A DNA stretch of 61,912 bases, filler included, from Sluysia triapertura (GCA_046118255.1; 4 parts of 4 records of this genome joined end to end with filler, not necessarily neighbours in it); one strand, 5' to 3'; shown: positions 37,933 through 50,372, counted from the whole stretch's first letter. Made by a program: numbers and translations. The notes: generated by a model from the letters alone, not told the origin.

Positions 37933-39432
37933 ATGGTGAAAACTAAGACCCGTAAAGATGAATATAAAGAATTAGCTCAAAAATATGGTATTCTTGATAT
38001 TTTTTTGATTTTACTTTAAAGGTTTTCGTTCTCGTGATAGTTTCAAACTAATTCAATTAAATGAAACGTACCATTTTTTGGAAAGTGCTAGTGTTTTGAT
38101 TGACTTGTGCGCTGCACCTGGTAGCTGGTTACAAGCAGCTTGTCAACTTATGCCAAAAGAATCTATAAAACTAGGTCTCGATAAAAATGAGGTTAAACCT
38201 ATTCTCGGATGTACTATTTTAAATGGAAGTTTTACTTCTGAGACGCTTGAATGTATTCATAAGCATATCAAAAATCAAAAGCTGACGTAGTTCTGTACAA
38301 CAATACAAGAATTGACGACAAGTTTAATCATACATGCGGTTTCTTAGAAGCTTTTGAATTTGCTACGAAATTAATGACAAATAATAGTACCTTTGTAATG
38401 AAAGTTATCAAAACAAAAAATATTGGTCCTCTGAAATGGACTATTTCGCAATTTTTCCAAGACATTATTGTTGACATGCCTAAAGCTTCAAAGTAATTTT
38501 GATACCTAGTTTATTATTTATAGATGGGAAAATGGTGAAATGTTTTTTATTTGCCTGAAGTACAAGAATCCTTCTGAAATTAATTATAATACGTTAAAAA
38601 TTTCACATGTATTAACAAAAGGAAAAGCAATGAAAAATGGTGATTCTGTTGAAAGCGAAATTACAGAAGAATCTGAAATTGATAGCCAATGTGAAGATTC
38701 TATTGTCAAATCCAATGAAATTTTAGATAATACAAAATCATTAGATGAAGATCATATTGATATTTCGCACCGTGCCAAACTTTTTCTTCAGAAAAGTGAA
38801 TTCAAAGTAAGCTTATACTTTATTATATTTAATTTTAGAGATTAATGGAAAGTCCGAAGTGTACTGAGGAAGCTTCAAGACCAAGTCAGAAAGCAGATAA
38901 GGATAATTTAAAATCTACAGAAAACCGAAAGCGCAAATTAGCAAATGAAGCTTCCTCAATTCCTACAAAAAAATCCAAAGATAAGTCGATCATTTTGACT
39001 CCGCCTGAACGTGCTTTAGCTTTAAAAATAGCTACTAGTCAAAAGATGCGTCGTGAAGTTATAGATTGGGCACATGGAAAGCAAATGCATGATTTTGAGG
39101 GATGTAATTTGCCTAAATGGTTTGTTCGTGATGTTCAAAATCATTGCAAACGTCCGATACCATTTATCAATCGTGATGATATTTTAGAACAAGAACGACA
39201 ATTATACGGTGCTAAAGCTGTAGACAAAAAGACGATTAAAAAAACCGAAATATCGAAATCTAAAAAAAGAAATTTATTGCAGCGTAAATATAAAAAAGTG
39301 GCAAAAAAGAAACGTGACGTTCAAAAGCGAAGTTATCCTGAAATAACAAGTAGAATTAAAAAAAGTGGGAAAACAAGGAAGCCTCAGTCTAAATACAGCT
39401 TCAAGAAAAAATCAAAGAATCATGAAAATTAA
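37933..39432 (+). CDS. FTSJ3: divergent, shortened SPB1/FTSJ3-like rRNA 2'-O-methyltransferase with a frameshift near 38280 (possible pseudogene). Exons 37933-37987, 38022-38492, 38524-38806, 38839-39432
   Basis: RKDEY..LAQKYGFRSRDSFKLIQLN, IDLCAAPGSWLQ, ADVVL, TFVMKV, PKASKWENGEMFFIC, and a Spb1_C-like ALKIATSQKMRREVID...NLPKWFVRD. Three GT-AG introns of 34, 31 and 32 nt. Confidence 0.85.
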
Positions 39433-40654
39433 ATTTTATCTTAGATTAATAATAAAAAAATTTCATTAATCGTTTTTAATTAATTACCTTAAAAATAAGT
39501 TTCCTAATTAGAATATTATTGAAAATAATTTAAAATTTCTCATAATCCATGTGACTTAATCAAATTTTTATCAGTTACAACTTCTGTTTTGCTTTATGAG
39601 CATTTTTTGTAAGATTGCAGTAACAGATAGGTATGTATTTGATTTGATCTGTATAAACGTGCGTGTACCTACCAAAGCATAAATAAGGCTTAATAGTAGG
39701 TTCAAAATATTCAGAATGTTTCATTAACTTTAAAAAATGTATTTTTTAATTTTCGTCATGCTTATGCATTTGGCTTAAAACATTTTTATTTTTGTGTTCT
39801 ACAAATTTTAATTATCAATTATTTTATGTACCAAAACTATAATTATTTTCAATCTCAACTTCATTTTATTTATTTATTTTTGCTTTAAAAGCCGGTTTAT
39901 GGCCTGTTACAAGGAATATACAATTGAAGGATTAATGAATCCTAAATAAATATCACACTAAATGTAAAATTAACATAAATTTCATCAAAAATGAATATGT
40001 GAGTAAGGTTGTGAAATTTAAAAAGGGTAAGAACGAAGACATGTTTTTGATATAAATGTAAGAATGAATATTCCCCGAATTAATGTAAGTAATTGTAATG
40101 GATATAAAATAACGAAGGAATACAATTACGCATCAGAAAGATGGAACTTATTTTATCAGAATAATTGTAAATAATATCTAAATATAAGAATTTAAATTGC
40201 AAATAATAAGATATTGCAATAAAATCGGAATCAAACGTTTGTGGATAAGCCATTACACAAAAATGATTCAGCAACAAGAAATACAAAAATTATTAAATAA
40301 TTAATGAATTTAGTGATTAAATTTGAAAAAATTATTGTGCTACGAAATAAATCAGAATGTAGATAAAAATATTTGAATAAATTTTAATAGGACAAAATAA
40401 CGTAAATAAATTTTCTAATATGTAAATAATTTTCTAATATAAATTTTCTAATATTATATACCAATAATTCTTATTGCCGAAGAACAGTAAACGAGAATTG
40501 TAATTTTATATAAGACTAAAAACATTACATATTTACAACAAAACAATTACAAGTCAATCTTGGCATATCATCGATTCAATATCTAACTATTATAATCTTC
40601 AATAACTAATTTATAATAGTGATCAATAACAATTATTAAAAATAAGTTTAAAAA

Positions 40655-40790
40655 GGCAATAATTAACATGAAGTATAAAAAGGAATCACAGCTTCCTGAA
40701 TGCCTAAAGAACTATTAAGTAATATTGGAACCTTAATTGATAAAATAGATAAAGTCTAATAATCAAGAAAAAGTAGGTTTTTGCGAATAA
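40655..40790 (+). mobile_element. LTR-like family A, 3' fragment
   Basis: AATAATTAACATGAAG...AAAGGAATCA...CCTGAATGCCT...AAGAAAAAGTAGGTTTTTG matches the distal part of family A. Confidence 0.65.
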
Positions 40791-41056
40791 CGTTAATTGA
40801 AGAATTTGAAAGTGTGTATATATTTGTTTTGAAAAGACCTTTCAGTGAAGGTATGGTTTGACTAAGTTCATTCAAAGAAAGATTTAATTAATTTTTAATT
40901 ACGGAATGCTGAATTATTCATACTCAGAATGACGACAATATAATGACTTGAACACGAGATGATTACTACGAAAGAATGGTTTGTTTAAGAATAATAACCT
41001 TAAACATTTCCATAAGAAAATTAGGTGTGAAAAACCGAAAATCAATTAAATTCTAA

Positions 41057-41560
41057 TGTTGGGAACAGAATATGGATTGGAAACGAAGCATTAATATAAA
41101 ATGATGAAGATGAAAACAATTATAGTGCTGAGAATTGAAGAAGACATTGGAGTTCTAAAGACCTATATAAGAGTTTGAGACATTATGAAAGTTTGCGATG
41201 GACCTGGAAAACCTTTAAAATCATTAGATTACCTTTGCATTTGTGAACTTTGAAATCATCTGAGACTAAATTAACCTTTTAAGCATTCTTGAAACATCGA
41301 TAGGCGTCTACGACGCTCGAGTAATCTTATAAATTGTTTAAAATATTTGAGAAATAAAATCATTATAATTTATATTAAGAATAAATCTAATATGATAATA
41401 ATTAACATGAAGAGGTTAACAGGGGCGAGGTTGAAAACATACACAGCACCCTAAATGCCTTATAAACTATTAAATAACTTTAAACCTAAAATAGGATTAA
41501 GTCTAAAAATAGATTAACTAATTAAAATTTTAACTTAAGAATAAGTGTCGCGATTGTCCA
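41057..41560 (+). mobile_element. LTR-like family A, near full-length diverged copy
   Basis: TGTTGGGA start, AAAGACCTATATAAGAG, TTGAGAAATAAAATCA, TAATTAACATGAAGA, ending ...TTGTCCA. Confidence 0.7.
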
Positions 41561-41719
41561 GTTAGTTTACAAAAGTAGGTTAAAAGGTAAACGTATTTAA
41601 AATATATCAGAAAATGTGGTAAAATAATTGAATTGTGGAAGACTCCCTGCCCAAATTATTTTCACAGTTTTTGGTAACTAAGTTAAAGTAAAGATACTTG
41701 ACAAAACATAAATATAATT

Positions 41720-42045
41720 GTTATTGACTTTAATTTCTGTAGATATTGGTATTTTAATTTTGTTGTTTGTTGCGTTACCTGTGGTTTCTTTGGATTGATT
41801 GTTGTGGTCATAATATTGTCATAAATTTTATGGTTAACTTCGAAATTCAGTTATTTTTCATTTAGTTTATTTATATTATTGTTCAAGTAGAGAATTATAA
41901 TAACAATTTGTATTATTATATTATTGACTTCTTGTTATTATTTTAAATTAAGAACGTAATTTTGAATAATATTATTAAAATAAGAAAATGTGTGATAAAT
42001 TTTACTTGATTTAATGAATATTGAAATCATTTGAGGTTTTATTTA
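41720..42045 (+). repeat. repeat family D, inverted partner of 45060-45385
   Basis: Blocks TTTCTGTAGAT...TTGTTGCGTTAC...TGGATTG and ATAAATTTTACTTGAT...ATTGAAATCATTTGAGGTTT align with the reverse complement of 45060-45385. Confidence 0.6.
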
Positions 42046-42821
42046 AGTGAATTAAATTAATAATGGTTTGTTGTTATTATTGATTTAAGGTGTTAATTGA
42101 ATTTACAAAGATTTTAATGTATAATCAGAATTTTCACTTATTCTGTGAACATTAAACATTTACCGCAGTTAGAGACCAATAATTAGTAACCATTTTACGT
42201 TTACCGAAGAAACATCGAAAATTTTGAGTTAATTTAATTATTAAGTTATTATTAATAATTTAAGTTATTAAGTTATGATTAGTTTTGGTGCCCCCAAGTT
42301 ATTTTAATTTCTGATTTAGCGTTTAATATATATTATTTAATAGTTTTCATTTAAAAAAAGACAATATTATTGATTGTATGTTAGCCTTTTTATTGACTGC
42401 ATAATAATAAGTATTTTTTGGGGGATATTTATATTTTGTTATTTTATAATATTGTTATAAAGTGCTGCATAATTATTTTTGAATTTACTCGGTTGAATAA
42501 GTTGTTTTTTTGTAATAAGTAATAGAATATTTATTTTCAGTACTGGTTAGTATTCTGTTTGTTTTATAATTATACTTATACGTTTTGGGCCATTTGTTAT
42601 TATTCCACTTAATATGAGGTAATATTATAATGTATTATAATGTAATGTTATAGTATTATAAGGTATTTTTTTGTAGTTTTGATTACTATACTTTATTATA
42701 AAAATAATTTTAAGGGTTTTTATTATATTAAGTAATATTTTTGTTTTATTAATAAATGGCATATTTTGTAAGGATTATATTTTTAGACATAAATATATAT
42801 TTTATGTAAAATAATTTTAAT

Positions 42822-43460
42822 ATGGAAGAACAAAATGAAGAAGTAACACTACCACGAGATATACCTAAAAATAATTTCCAGATAGATGTTGTAGTAGACA
42901 GCGTTTTGATAGTGGTGAACGCAGGAGATTACTAACATAGCAAAAGAGAAGATCGATAGTATCGTCGAAAAAATTTAATAATTAATTCGATAATGGCAAT
43001 ACAAATTGGAGAAATAATAGAACTCGATTTAATAATGAAAGTAATTATCGTGGTGATAGATTTAATAGTTCTCGGAAAATGGTTCAATTTAAGGACAATA
43101 TAATATATTATTATTGCAATAAAAAAGGACATAAACGGCCGGAATGTAGATTATTACTTAATAAAACTAATTCGTTTAATAGGCCAAATGATCATAAACC
43201 AATGCAAACAAAGAATAAGACACCCGCTTTTATTCGTATGGATTAGACTTACAAACAATAAATGAAGAAAATAAAAGTATTAGGAAAATTGTTAAGGAGT
43301 TGTCAGTTCAATTAAAACGACAGAAAATTAATGTTGAAGAAAAGGATGATGAGCCTGATGAAGGAATATTCAGTAAATTATTCATGATAACGGAATAGAC
43401 TGGCGAAAAACTAATAATGAGGAGTCGTCAATTAAAGAGAATATCGATATAAACTATTTA
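42822..43460 (+). pseudogene. broken R/N/D-rich coding-like sequence, possibly decayed gag
   Basis: ATGGAAGAACAAAATGAAG start, purine-rich codon-like sequence with multiple stops and frameshifts, lying downstream of LTR-like and repeat-D sequence. Confidence 0.25.
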
Positions 43461-43727
43461 TTAAAAATGGACTAGATATGTGGTGACCAACCCAATATTT
43501 TAAAATTTTATTTTAATAACGTACATATATTCCTAAACAAATTGTTCGGAATATTAAGCTCAAATAAAATTGACAATGTTAATAAATTTATAAAAACAAC
43601 TGAGAAAAAGGTTCTTGAATATGACAATGTAATTAAAATACAAAATTTGATAAAATTTAATAACAGAAATAGAACCTTGATTTTAATTAACGATCATCCA
43701 AAATATTTTTTATAATGTAACACCGAA

Positions 43728-44163
43728 TGTAGGGAAATCACATAAAATTCATCACATAAAAACATCATTTACTTACGCAGATCATTAAACAAACTACTAA
43801 ACTCATTTAAAAAACAAACATAACCATTGTACATAATTATCATGAACTATAGCTGTTGTTACTATAATTCCAGTTGTATTAAACTATATATAATAAACAT
43901 TGTCATTATTATTGTATAATATGATTATCATATAATAACTTTTATAATAAATTTCATATTAACATCATCAATATCATTACATTATTTTAAATTATATAAT
44001 AATTACGTTGTTATAATTATTGTTTCTTTTATCCTTATTATCAATCTCTTTTTATTCTTCTGTTTTTTCCATTATATATATGTGTGTGTTTGTGTGTATG
44101 TGTTAATCTACAAAGTATGCATTTAGTATCTGTTACAAAATTTATTCTTTTAATAATTCCAGA
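43728..44163 (+). mobile_element. LTR-like repeat family B
   Basis: Starts TGTAGGGAAATCA and closely matches the reverse complement of 50373-50781 over about 400 bp. Confidence 0.8.
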
Positions 44164-44807
44164 AATTTGTTCTACTATGATAAATTTACTAAAAGAAGTA
44201 TGCCAAAAACAAGGTAGCCAAGGAGAATCAATACGCGCGGAAAGTGATCATGTAGTATCAGAAATAACTGATGAATTTAAAAATTTCACTGATAATTTAG
44301 TTAAGAAGAAACAAGAAAGTAACAAACAGTTAACAAAAGAAGATATTGGTAATACAATTCAACTATTTCCAAAGAAATTAATAAGAACGAATTTTGAAAA
44401 GAGATCAACCAAAAGTACAGCTCACATTATTACAGTTTCTACTAATTCAGGAGATAAGATAAGTTGGATTTGACAAAATTTCATAAGAAAATGTTTTATT
44501 TGTCAGTTGATATTTGTAATGATTTATTTTAGTAAATCCATCAAAATCGCAGTTTATCAATCGTATGTCAGTATTTACGATGTTACACATCGTCTTCTTT
44601 TCGATCTGAACTGTGATCATTTATAATATTTACTTTTAGTGTGTTTATTTTCAAAACAAATTATTTAATTTTTAATGCCATAATTAAAGGGTTTTGTTCG
44701 GTACTTTGCGTGGCACAAAATTATTTTATTTGATATAATTTGTTAATGAAATAAAACAAATTAATGATTAAAAAATTCTTATCGATTTTTTAAATTATGC
44801 TAATCCA

Positions 44808-44984
44808 ATGAGAATGTTATCAGTTTTATACAGTTTTTTTTGGTTCTTATTAATGTTTGCATTTGGTAATTTAAATGTGGAAGTTATTAATCAAACGGCA
44901 GATTCCTTTGACATCAAATACCCTTATGATAATGATAAACGCCAAGTAATTCTCCACATATTTAATCATATCAATTCTAATGAA
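44808..44984 (+). CDS. probable first exon of a secreted or membrane protein (signal peptide plus FN3-like start)
   Basis: MRMLSVLYSFFWFLLMFAFG hydrophobic leader, then NLNVEVINQTADSFDIKY (FN3 A/B-strand-like), with a phase-0 donor GAA|GTTAGT at 44985. Downstream exons not found. Confidence 0.4.
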
Positions 44985-45059
44985 GTTAGTCTTAATTTAT
45001 TTTATTTGTTGCATCTTTAAAACTCGTTAAATATTAAACCCACTATTTTTATCTTGGTC

Positions 45060-45385
45060 AGTTCAAACCTTAATAATTTCAATAGTTAATATATCAAGTA
45101 TAATTTTATTATGTTCTACCTTTGTAATTCTATCAAAAACTAATATCCCAAATTCAAGTCCTTGAAATCAAAATCAAAACTAAGTCGATATTGTATTATT
45201 TAAACAAAAAATTTCGTAATACAATTTACTAATAATGAAAATCTTTACCAAACGCTGATAATCACTCAAATGGTAAAATGAAAATAATGTTTATAATAAA
45301 TTAAAAACACTACAATCCAGACAAAACAACCAGGAGTGACGCAACAACCAAAAAGAATTAGATATACAGAAAGTTTAGAATAGTA
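45060..45385 (-). repeat. repeat family D, reverse copy
   Basis: Reverse-complement homology to 41720-42045. Confidence 0.6.
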
Positions 45386-45427
45386 ATCTTAAATCAAAAT
45401 AATTTAAATAAAAATAAAATAATTTTG

Positions 45428-45680
45428 GCAAAATGTTGTCTCTAGCTAAAAATGAAAGGTAATTTTAAGTGTAATTCTTAACAAAAATCGGGCAAAGTAT
45501 TGTTTCTAAAATCGCTTTTAAATAGCTAAAAATTAAAGATAATTTTAAATATAATTCTTAATAAAAATCGGGCAAAGTGTTGTTCCTAAAATTACTCTAA
45601 AATAGCTAAAAATCAAAAGTATTTTAAATATATAATTCTTCACAAAAATTGGGCAGAGTGTTGTTTCTAAAATTATTGCA
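45428..45680. repeat. ~80-bp tandem repeat, about 3.3 units
   Basis: AAAAAT(C/T)GGGCA(A/G)AGT at about 45483, 45563 and 45644. TAGCTAAAAAT and TAATTCTT recur at the same period. Confidence 0.9.
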
Positions 45681-45813
45681 AAATAAAATAATATTAAAAT
45701 TATCCAAATTAAAACGTAATTAGTTAATGTAATTAGTTATTTTAATAAAATAATAATTAAACAAAAATTACAAAAATTTACCCTATGCATGGATCTTCTC
45801 TGGACATAAGTGC

Positions 45814-45913
45814 NNNNNNNNNNNNNNNNNNNNNNNNNNNNNNNNNNNNNNNNNNNNTTAATTAATTAANNNNNNNNNNNNNNNNNNNNNNNNNNNNNNN
45901 NNNNNNNNNNNNN
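45814..45913. other. artificial contig linker
   Basis: N44-TTAATTAATTAA-N44. Confidence 0.98.
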
Positions 45914-47052
45914 TATATTACTAGAATATTGTTAATCATTTTATGATTATTGAATTGTTGACTATACAAATTAATTTATAATTATACCACTTATATACAA
46001 GTTAATTAAATTATAAATTTGTACAATTTATAAATCTATGTAGTTTAGTAATATTTCTTCATAAAACTCAAAATGTCTTTGAATACTTTCTTGTATTAAT
46101 AAATTATACATGAGTTCACAGTTATATGCTCACTTTATTTTAATTTTAAAATTCAAATTCTTTAATGTGAACTTTATCAAACGTTACTATTCTTCAAAGC
46201 TTTGGATTATTTTACAACTATTTCTTAACTATTGATCAGATGTACCTTTAGTTCTCGATAATGGTCTAAATATCTTCACATATATAAATTATTACACGTC
46301 AATAGCAACTCAAATTTTCTCAGTAATTATTTTACCTTATATCGTTTTGCTTTAGAATTAAAGTTTATGCTTTAGATTTATTTTATATAGTCGTGTGAGA
46401 TCGTATACTCGTTTCGGTGACCTGAAATGGAATGTTTTGTTTTTTTTACTATATTTTATTTGCGAGGACACTTGGATTCGACTTTGATTGTTATATGAAT
46501 AAATATTTCACTATATTTTCTGAGGATACTCGGATTCCACTTTTGAAACAAATATTATTTTGTTCTACTTTATTTTATTTTATCCTTCCTTTGGGGGCTT
46601 TCTCCTACTTTAACAATTGATTAGTAAGACAATGAATTAAAACACAAAATTTATTAAACAAATATTTAAACTTTTTAATAAAAAAATGTAGAATGTCAAA
46701 TAGTTTAGTAATAATAAATTTTAATATAACAAGAATACAATATTTTAATTTTCCAGACAAAAAATAATAACAATTACCGTTTACATTCAATGTTTGATCA
46801 TGTTAGTAATTAATAATGAATTTAAGTATCTCTTGAATTGTTCCAGTGAAGTTAGGGACGCTCGAATGAATTCCGCGAATAATTTGAACTGTCCAAATAA
46901 GATTGAAAAATCGACAAAATAACAAAAATCGTAATCCAAAAATAAATAAAAATTTATATAGAAATTCGTCAGGTTACTATGTGCGCGTTTTTTGAAGAAA
47001 ATTTATTACCTATAATTTTATGTATAATTATTTTGCATATTGATTTGATAAT

Positions 47053-47089
<37 letters not shown>

Positions 47090-47692
47090 TACAAAGTAGT
47101 GTAACAATAATAAATTATTTACAAGTAATACATAGTAATAATAAATGTATAAGTAACAACATAATAATTATTATTTTCTCTCTGGAATTGTTGATAAATT
47201 TTTATTATATATTGTTTATATTTAATCTCATTTTAATATGATTTTTGTCGATTATAATGATTTTAAATATGATATAGCATTATTCTCTCCGTTCTGCCCG
47301 TTACTTAATTTAAGTTAATTTTGATCGAGAATAATGTTGCTAATTTTTAATTACTTACTATTTCTATTCAATCTCAATTTAGTAAAATTTTAATTTACTT
47401 ATTAAAATAGTTTTACTTAGATTTTGTTTTTTCAAAGTTTGATTTCATATTGTCTTTATAGAATCTTATTTTAAAATAATTGCTTATTTGGTTTTGATTT
47501 TGTTGTCGTTTTTGTTTGTCATAATCTTTGAATTAAAAATTAACTTTATAAAGAAATTTAGTTTATTCTTCGTACAAAAACTTATCAATTTCATTAAATC
47601 CTTAATTTTTAAACTTATACGGTACCGAAAACTTTGGAAGTTATAAATAATAATAAAATAAAATAAAATTACATGATTTATTTATAACATTT

Positions 47693-48199
47693 TTAAATTT
47701 TCTGTTCGTCCATATATAAAATGTTATTCGATGAATTTTGAGCTGATGATCAAAAACTGGAAAAGTGACCCGCATAGTATGCACTTTATATCTTAACATA
47801 TACTAATTGGTTGACCGTGTGGGCATATTGACAAAGGATCCCAAACTTCATACAAATACCTCTTGGATCACTGTTTTATGGGCACAAAGCCGTTCTTATT
47901 GGTGCGCTTATAGATAAATAAGATAAACATTCAATTGACTTATTGGATCTGTTAACAAGAGTAAGAGAATTACTTCCTGACTGCACACTGCCTTGGAAAA
48001 TATCGTAGTGTAAACTGCTATCTCTTTATCTTCTGTACTCTCTAATGTATCATAATTCTGTGAAATTGTTTGATAATCATTTACATCTATTAGTGATTTA
48101 TGTTCTAGGATATACTCATTCATCATAGTGCTCGCAAGAATTCTAGCTTGCATTTGCATATTTTGAGATAAAATGTCGTCATTGTTATTGTTGGGAGGG
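47693..48199 (-). pseudogene. decayed CCCH zinc-finger (TIS11/TTP-like) gene
   Basis: IRTALCP*NSDPRGICMKFGILCQYAHTVNQL (47807-47899) resembles (R/K)YKTELC-x8-C-x5-C-x3-H...EL. In-frame TAA at 47876-47878 and further stops downstream; upstream exon-like ORF 47908-48159. Confidence 0.5.
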
Positions 48200-48513
48200 C
48201 TTTTTATATTTTAATGTTAAAATATTACATTTATTACTTCTTAAATTTATATTAAAAAAATTAAGAATTTACTTAACAAAAACCTATTAAACTTTAATTT
48301 AAAAACAATTAATGAAACACTAAATTTTTTAATTAATAAACTAGGCCCAATGCCTGCAAAAAATAACAAGTATATTGAAACTACAAAATTTAAAATTTTA
48401 TTTGTAAAACAATAAAACATTGAAAAGAATAATATAATAATACTAACAATAGAATAATCAATTAGTCTTAAGTGTATAATCTTTATTCTCTTTAAGGTAA
48501 AAATTTGTATCAT

Positions 48514-48894
48514 TTAGTGCTTTATCAATGTCAGAATTAGATCTACTTCGTTTCGATAACGAGACTGCATCGGATCTTTATATGAATAACTTTTTAGCAG
48601 ATTAACACATTTATGTATGTTTAAATATGTTGGTTGCTGAGACGGTTCATAAGGCATGTAGCACAGTTGGATATCATAGTGATAATAAAACATAGTACAA
48701 TTGTGGTAAATCTCAACGCACATATTTGAACAATTTTTCATATTTGTTATTGTCGGTATTAATTTATAATGAATTGTATCTTTCGCTTGAGTATTTAAAC
48801 AGTAATGTAAACGTGACGTATCGCAATCGTAAGGTGAAGTAAATCTCTCAATAAATGAAAGCAGCAAAATGCGTAAAACGAATGTATAAATCAT
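48514..48894 (-). CDS. small secreted PAN/apple-domain-like protein (may have further exons)
   Basis: Hydrophobic leader MIYTFVLRILLLSF, then CSNMCVEIYHNCTMFYYHYDIQLCY, matching the PAN core C-x3-C-x6-C-x2-F-x-Y-x6-C. Confidence 0.6.
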   Translation of the reverse strand: MIYTFVLRILLLSFIERFTSPYDCDTSRLHYCLNTQAKDTIHYKLIPTITNMKNCSNMCVEIYHNCTMFYYHYDIQLCYMPYEPSQQPTYLNIHKCVNLLKSYSYKDPMQSRYRNEVDLILTLIKH

Positions 48895-50372
48895 TGTTAC
48901 ATCACAATTTTTGATACCGATTTTATTTTTTAATAAATTTTTTATTACTTTTACGTCTAATAAAACTTTAATTTTATTGAAAATAATTAATTATATAACC
49001 ATAAATATAACTAATAATATTGTCGATATGATAACATTTTCAGACATTTTAATTATGTATGATTTTGTTTATGAATTATTATGTATTTGTGATTACTATT
49101 TTATGCTCTTTCATTTTATAAATTTTACTGGCCTAAGGTTCCATGACTTAGAAAGTTACAAGTTATACTCACTTCTGAAATTCGAAGAAGTAAAGAACAA
49201 GATTTAAGTTTTAATTCTTCTACACGTTGACGAGCTTGAATTTGTGATTCTTGTAATACTTTAATATCATATGCATTATCAGGATGGTGTTTGTCATCTT
49301 ACAGAACTTTGTTTAAATTTATTTGTCTTTTCTATATTGTTTTCGCGAATTGCATTAAGACGTTCTGCTAATATATTTTGATGCTGCCGCAGTGCATTAG
49401 CGTCATTTTTACGGTTGCTTCCAAGAATTGCAGCCATGCTGTTTCCATTATTATTTTTATTTTAAAGAGCTTGAAATTTACGTGCCAAGAAGTCATTTAC
49501 GACAATATTATTCATATTTCTTTCTATCAATGGATCTTCTGGTTTGTGTCGAATATGGCTTATCTGAGGCGTATTAAAATCTTTATTATTGTTGTCTATT
49601 CCTTTTTACGATTAATAATTTCTTGTTCTAATTTTCTTATGTGATCATGATAATATTGATAATCCATAATCTATTCATATTTAAGCTATTTCATCGTATA
49701 AAAGCTCTGGTTGTTTTATTTTTGATCTCATTTTCATACTTTCTTTTGATGATGGTCTACTACTTAAACTGATTGAACTCATTTATTTCTCTTTCAAATT
49801 TACACTAGATGCATCATCTGTTATATTATCGTCCAATTTCGACTGACTTTTTGTATTCATATCTACACTGCTAGTGGGCATATAAATTAGACTACTTAAT
49901 TTGGAATCTGCATTTGAATCAAGCTTCATATCAGTCTTAGTCAGATTACTACGCGTACTACCATTCTTTGGACATTTTCGATTCATATAAGTTTGATTGA
50001 GTTAAAGTATCAAAATGTTGCCGTTTAAATGTCGAATGTTTGATATTTTCATGAGCATGTCTTAAACTTCTTTGACTATTTAATTCTAATATAACTTCCG
50101 TAAATTACGATGTTAATTGTTTTGTCGTGTTGAAACTGGGACTACTCAATACCTCATTCTTCGATTCCGATATCAACTCACTTTTAACACCATTATCAGG
50201 AAGAATAGGTTTTAAACTTCTTTGTAGATGATAAATTGAATAAATTATTTGACCATAATCCATTAGAAACATAATCTTTCAAATCTTGGTTCTCATTAAT
50301 TAATAAAGTAATATTATCCATAAAAAGTACAGATGTGTATAATTGATGTTTTATAAGACAGTTCAATTGAAA

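Noticed and set aside
9710-48199. alternative nuclear genetic code suggested by in-frame stops in several broken genes
   Set aside because: RED, UBA1, the ETS gene and the 534-aa ORF have long stop-free frames, and the complete ones end on ordinary TAA or TAG. Most of the broken genes also have frameshifts or deletions.
50175-50192. tRNA-Leu-like PBS (TGGTGTTAAAAGTGAG, minus strand) for the family-B LTR, with gag-like ORF 49783-49986
   Set aside because: It lies about 180 bp from the LTR end rather than adjacent and is degenerate. A separate decayed element is possible but not supportable.
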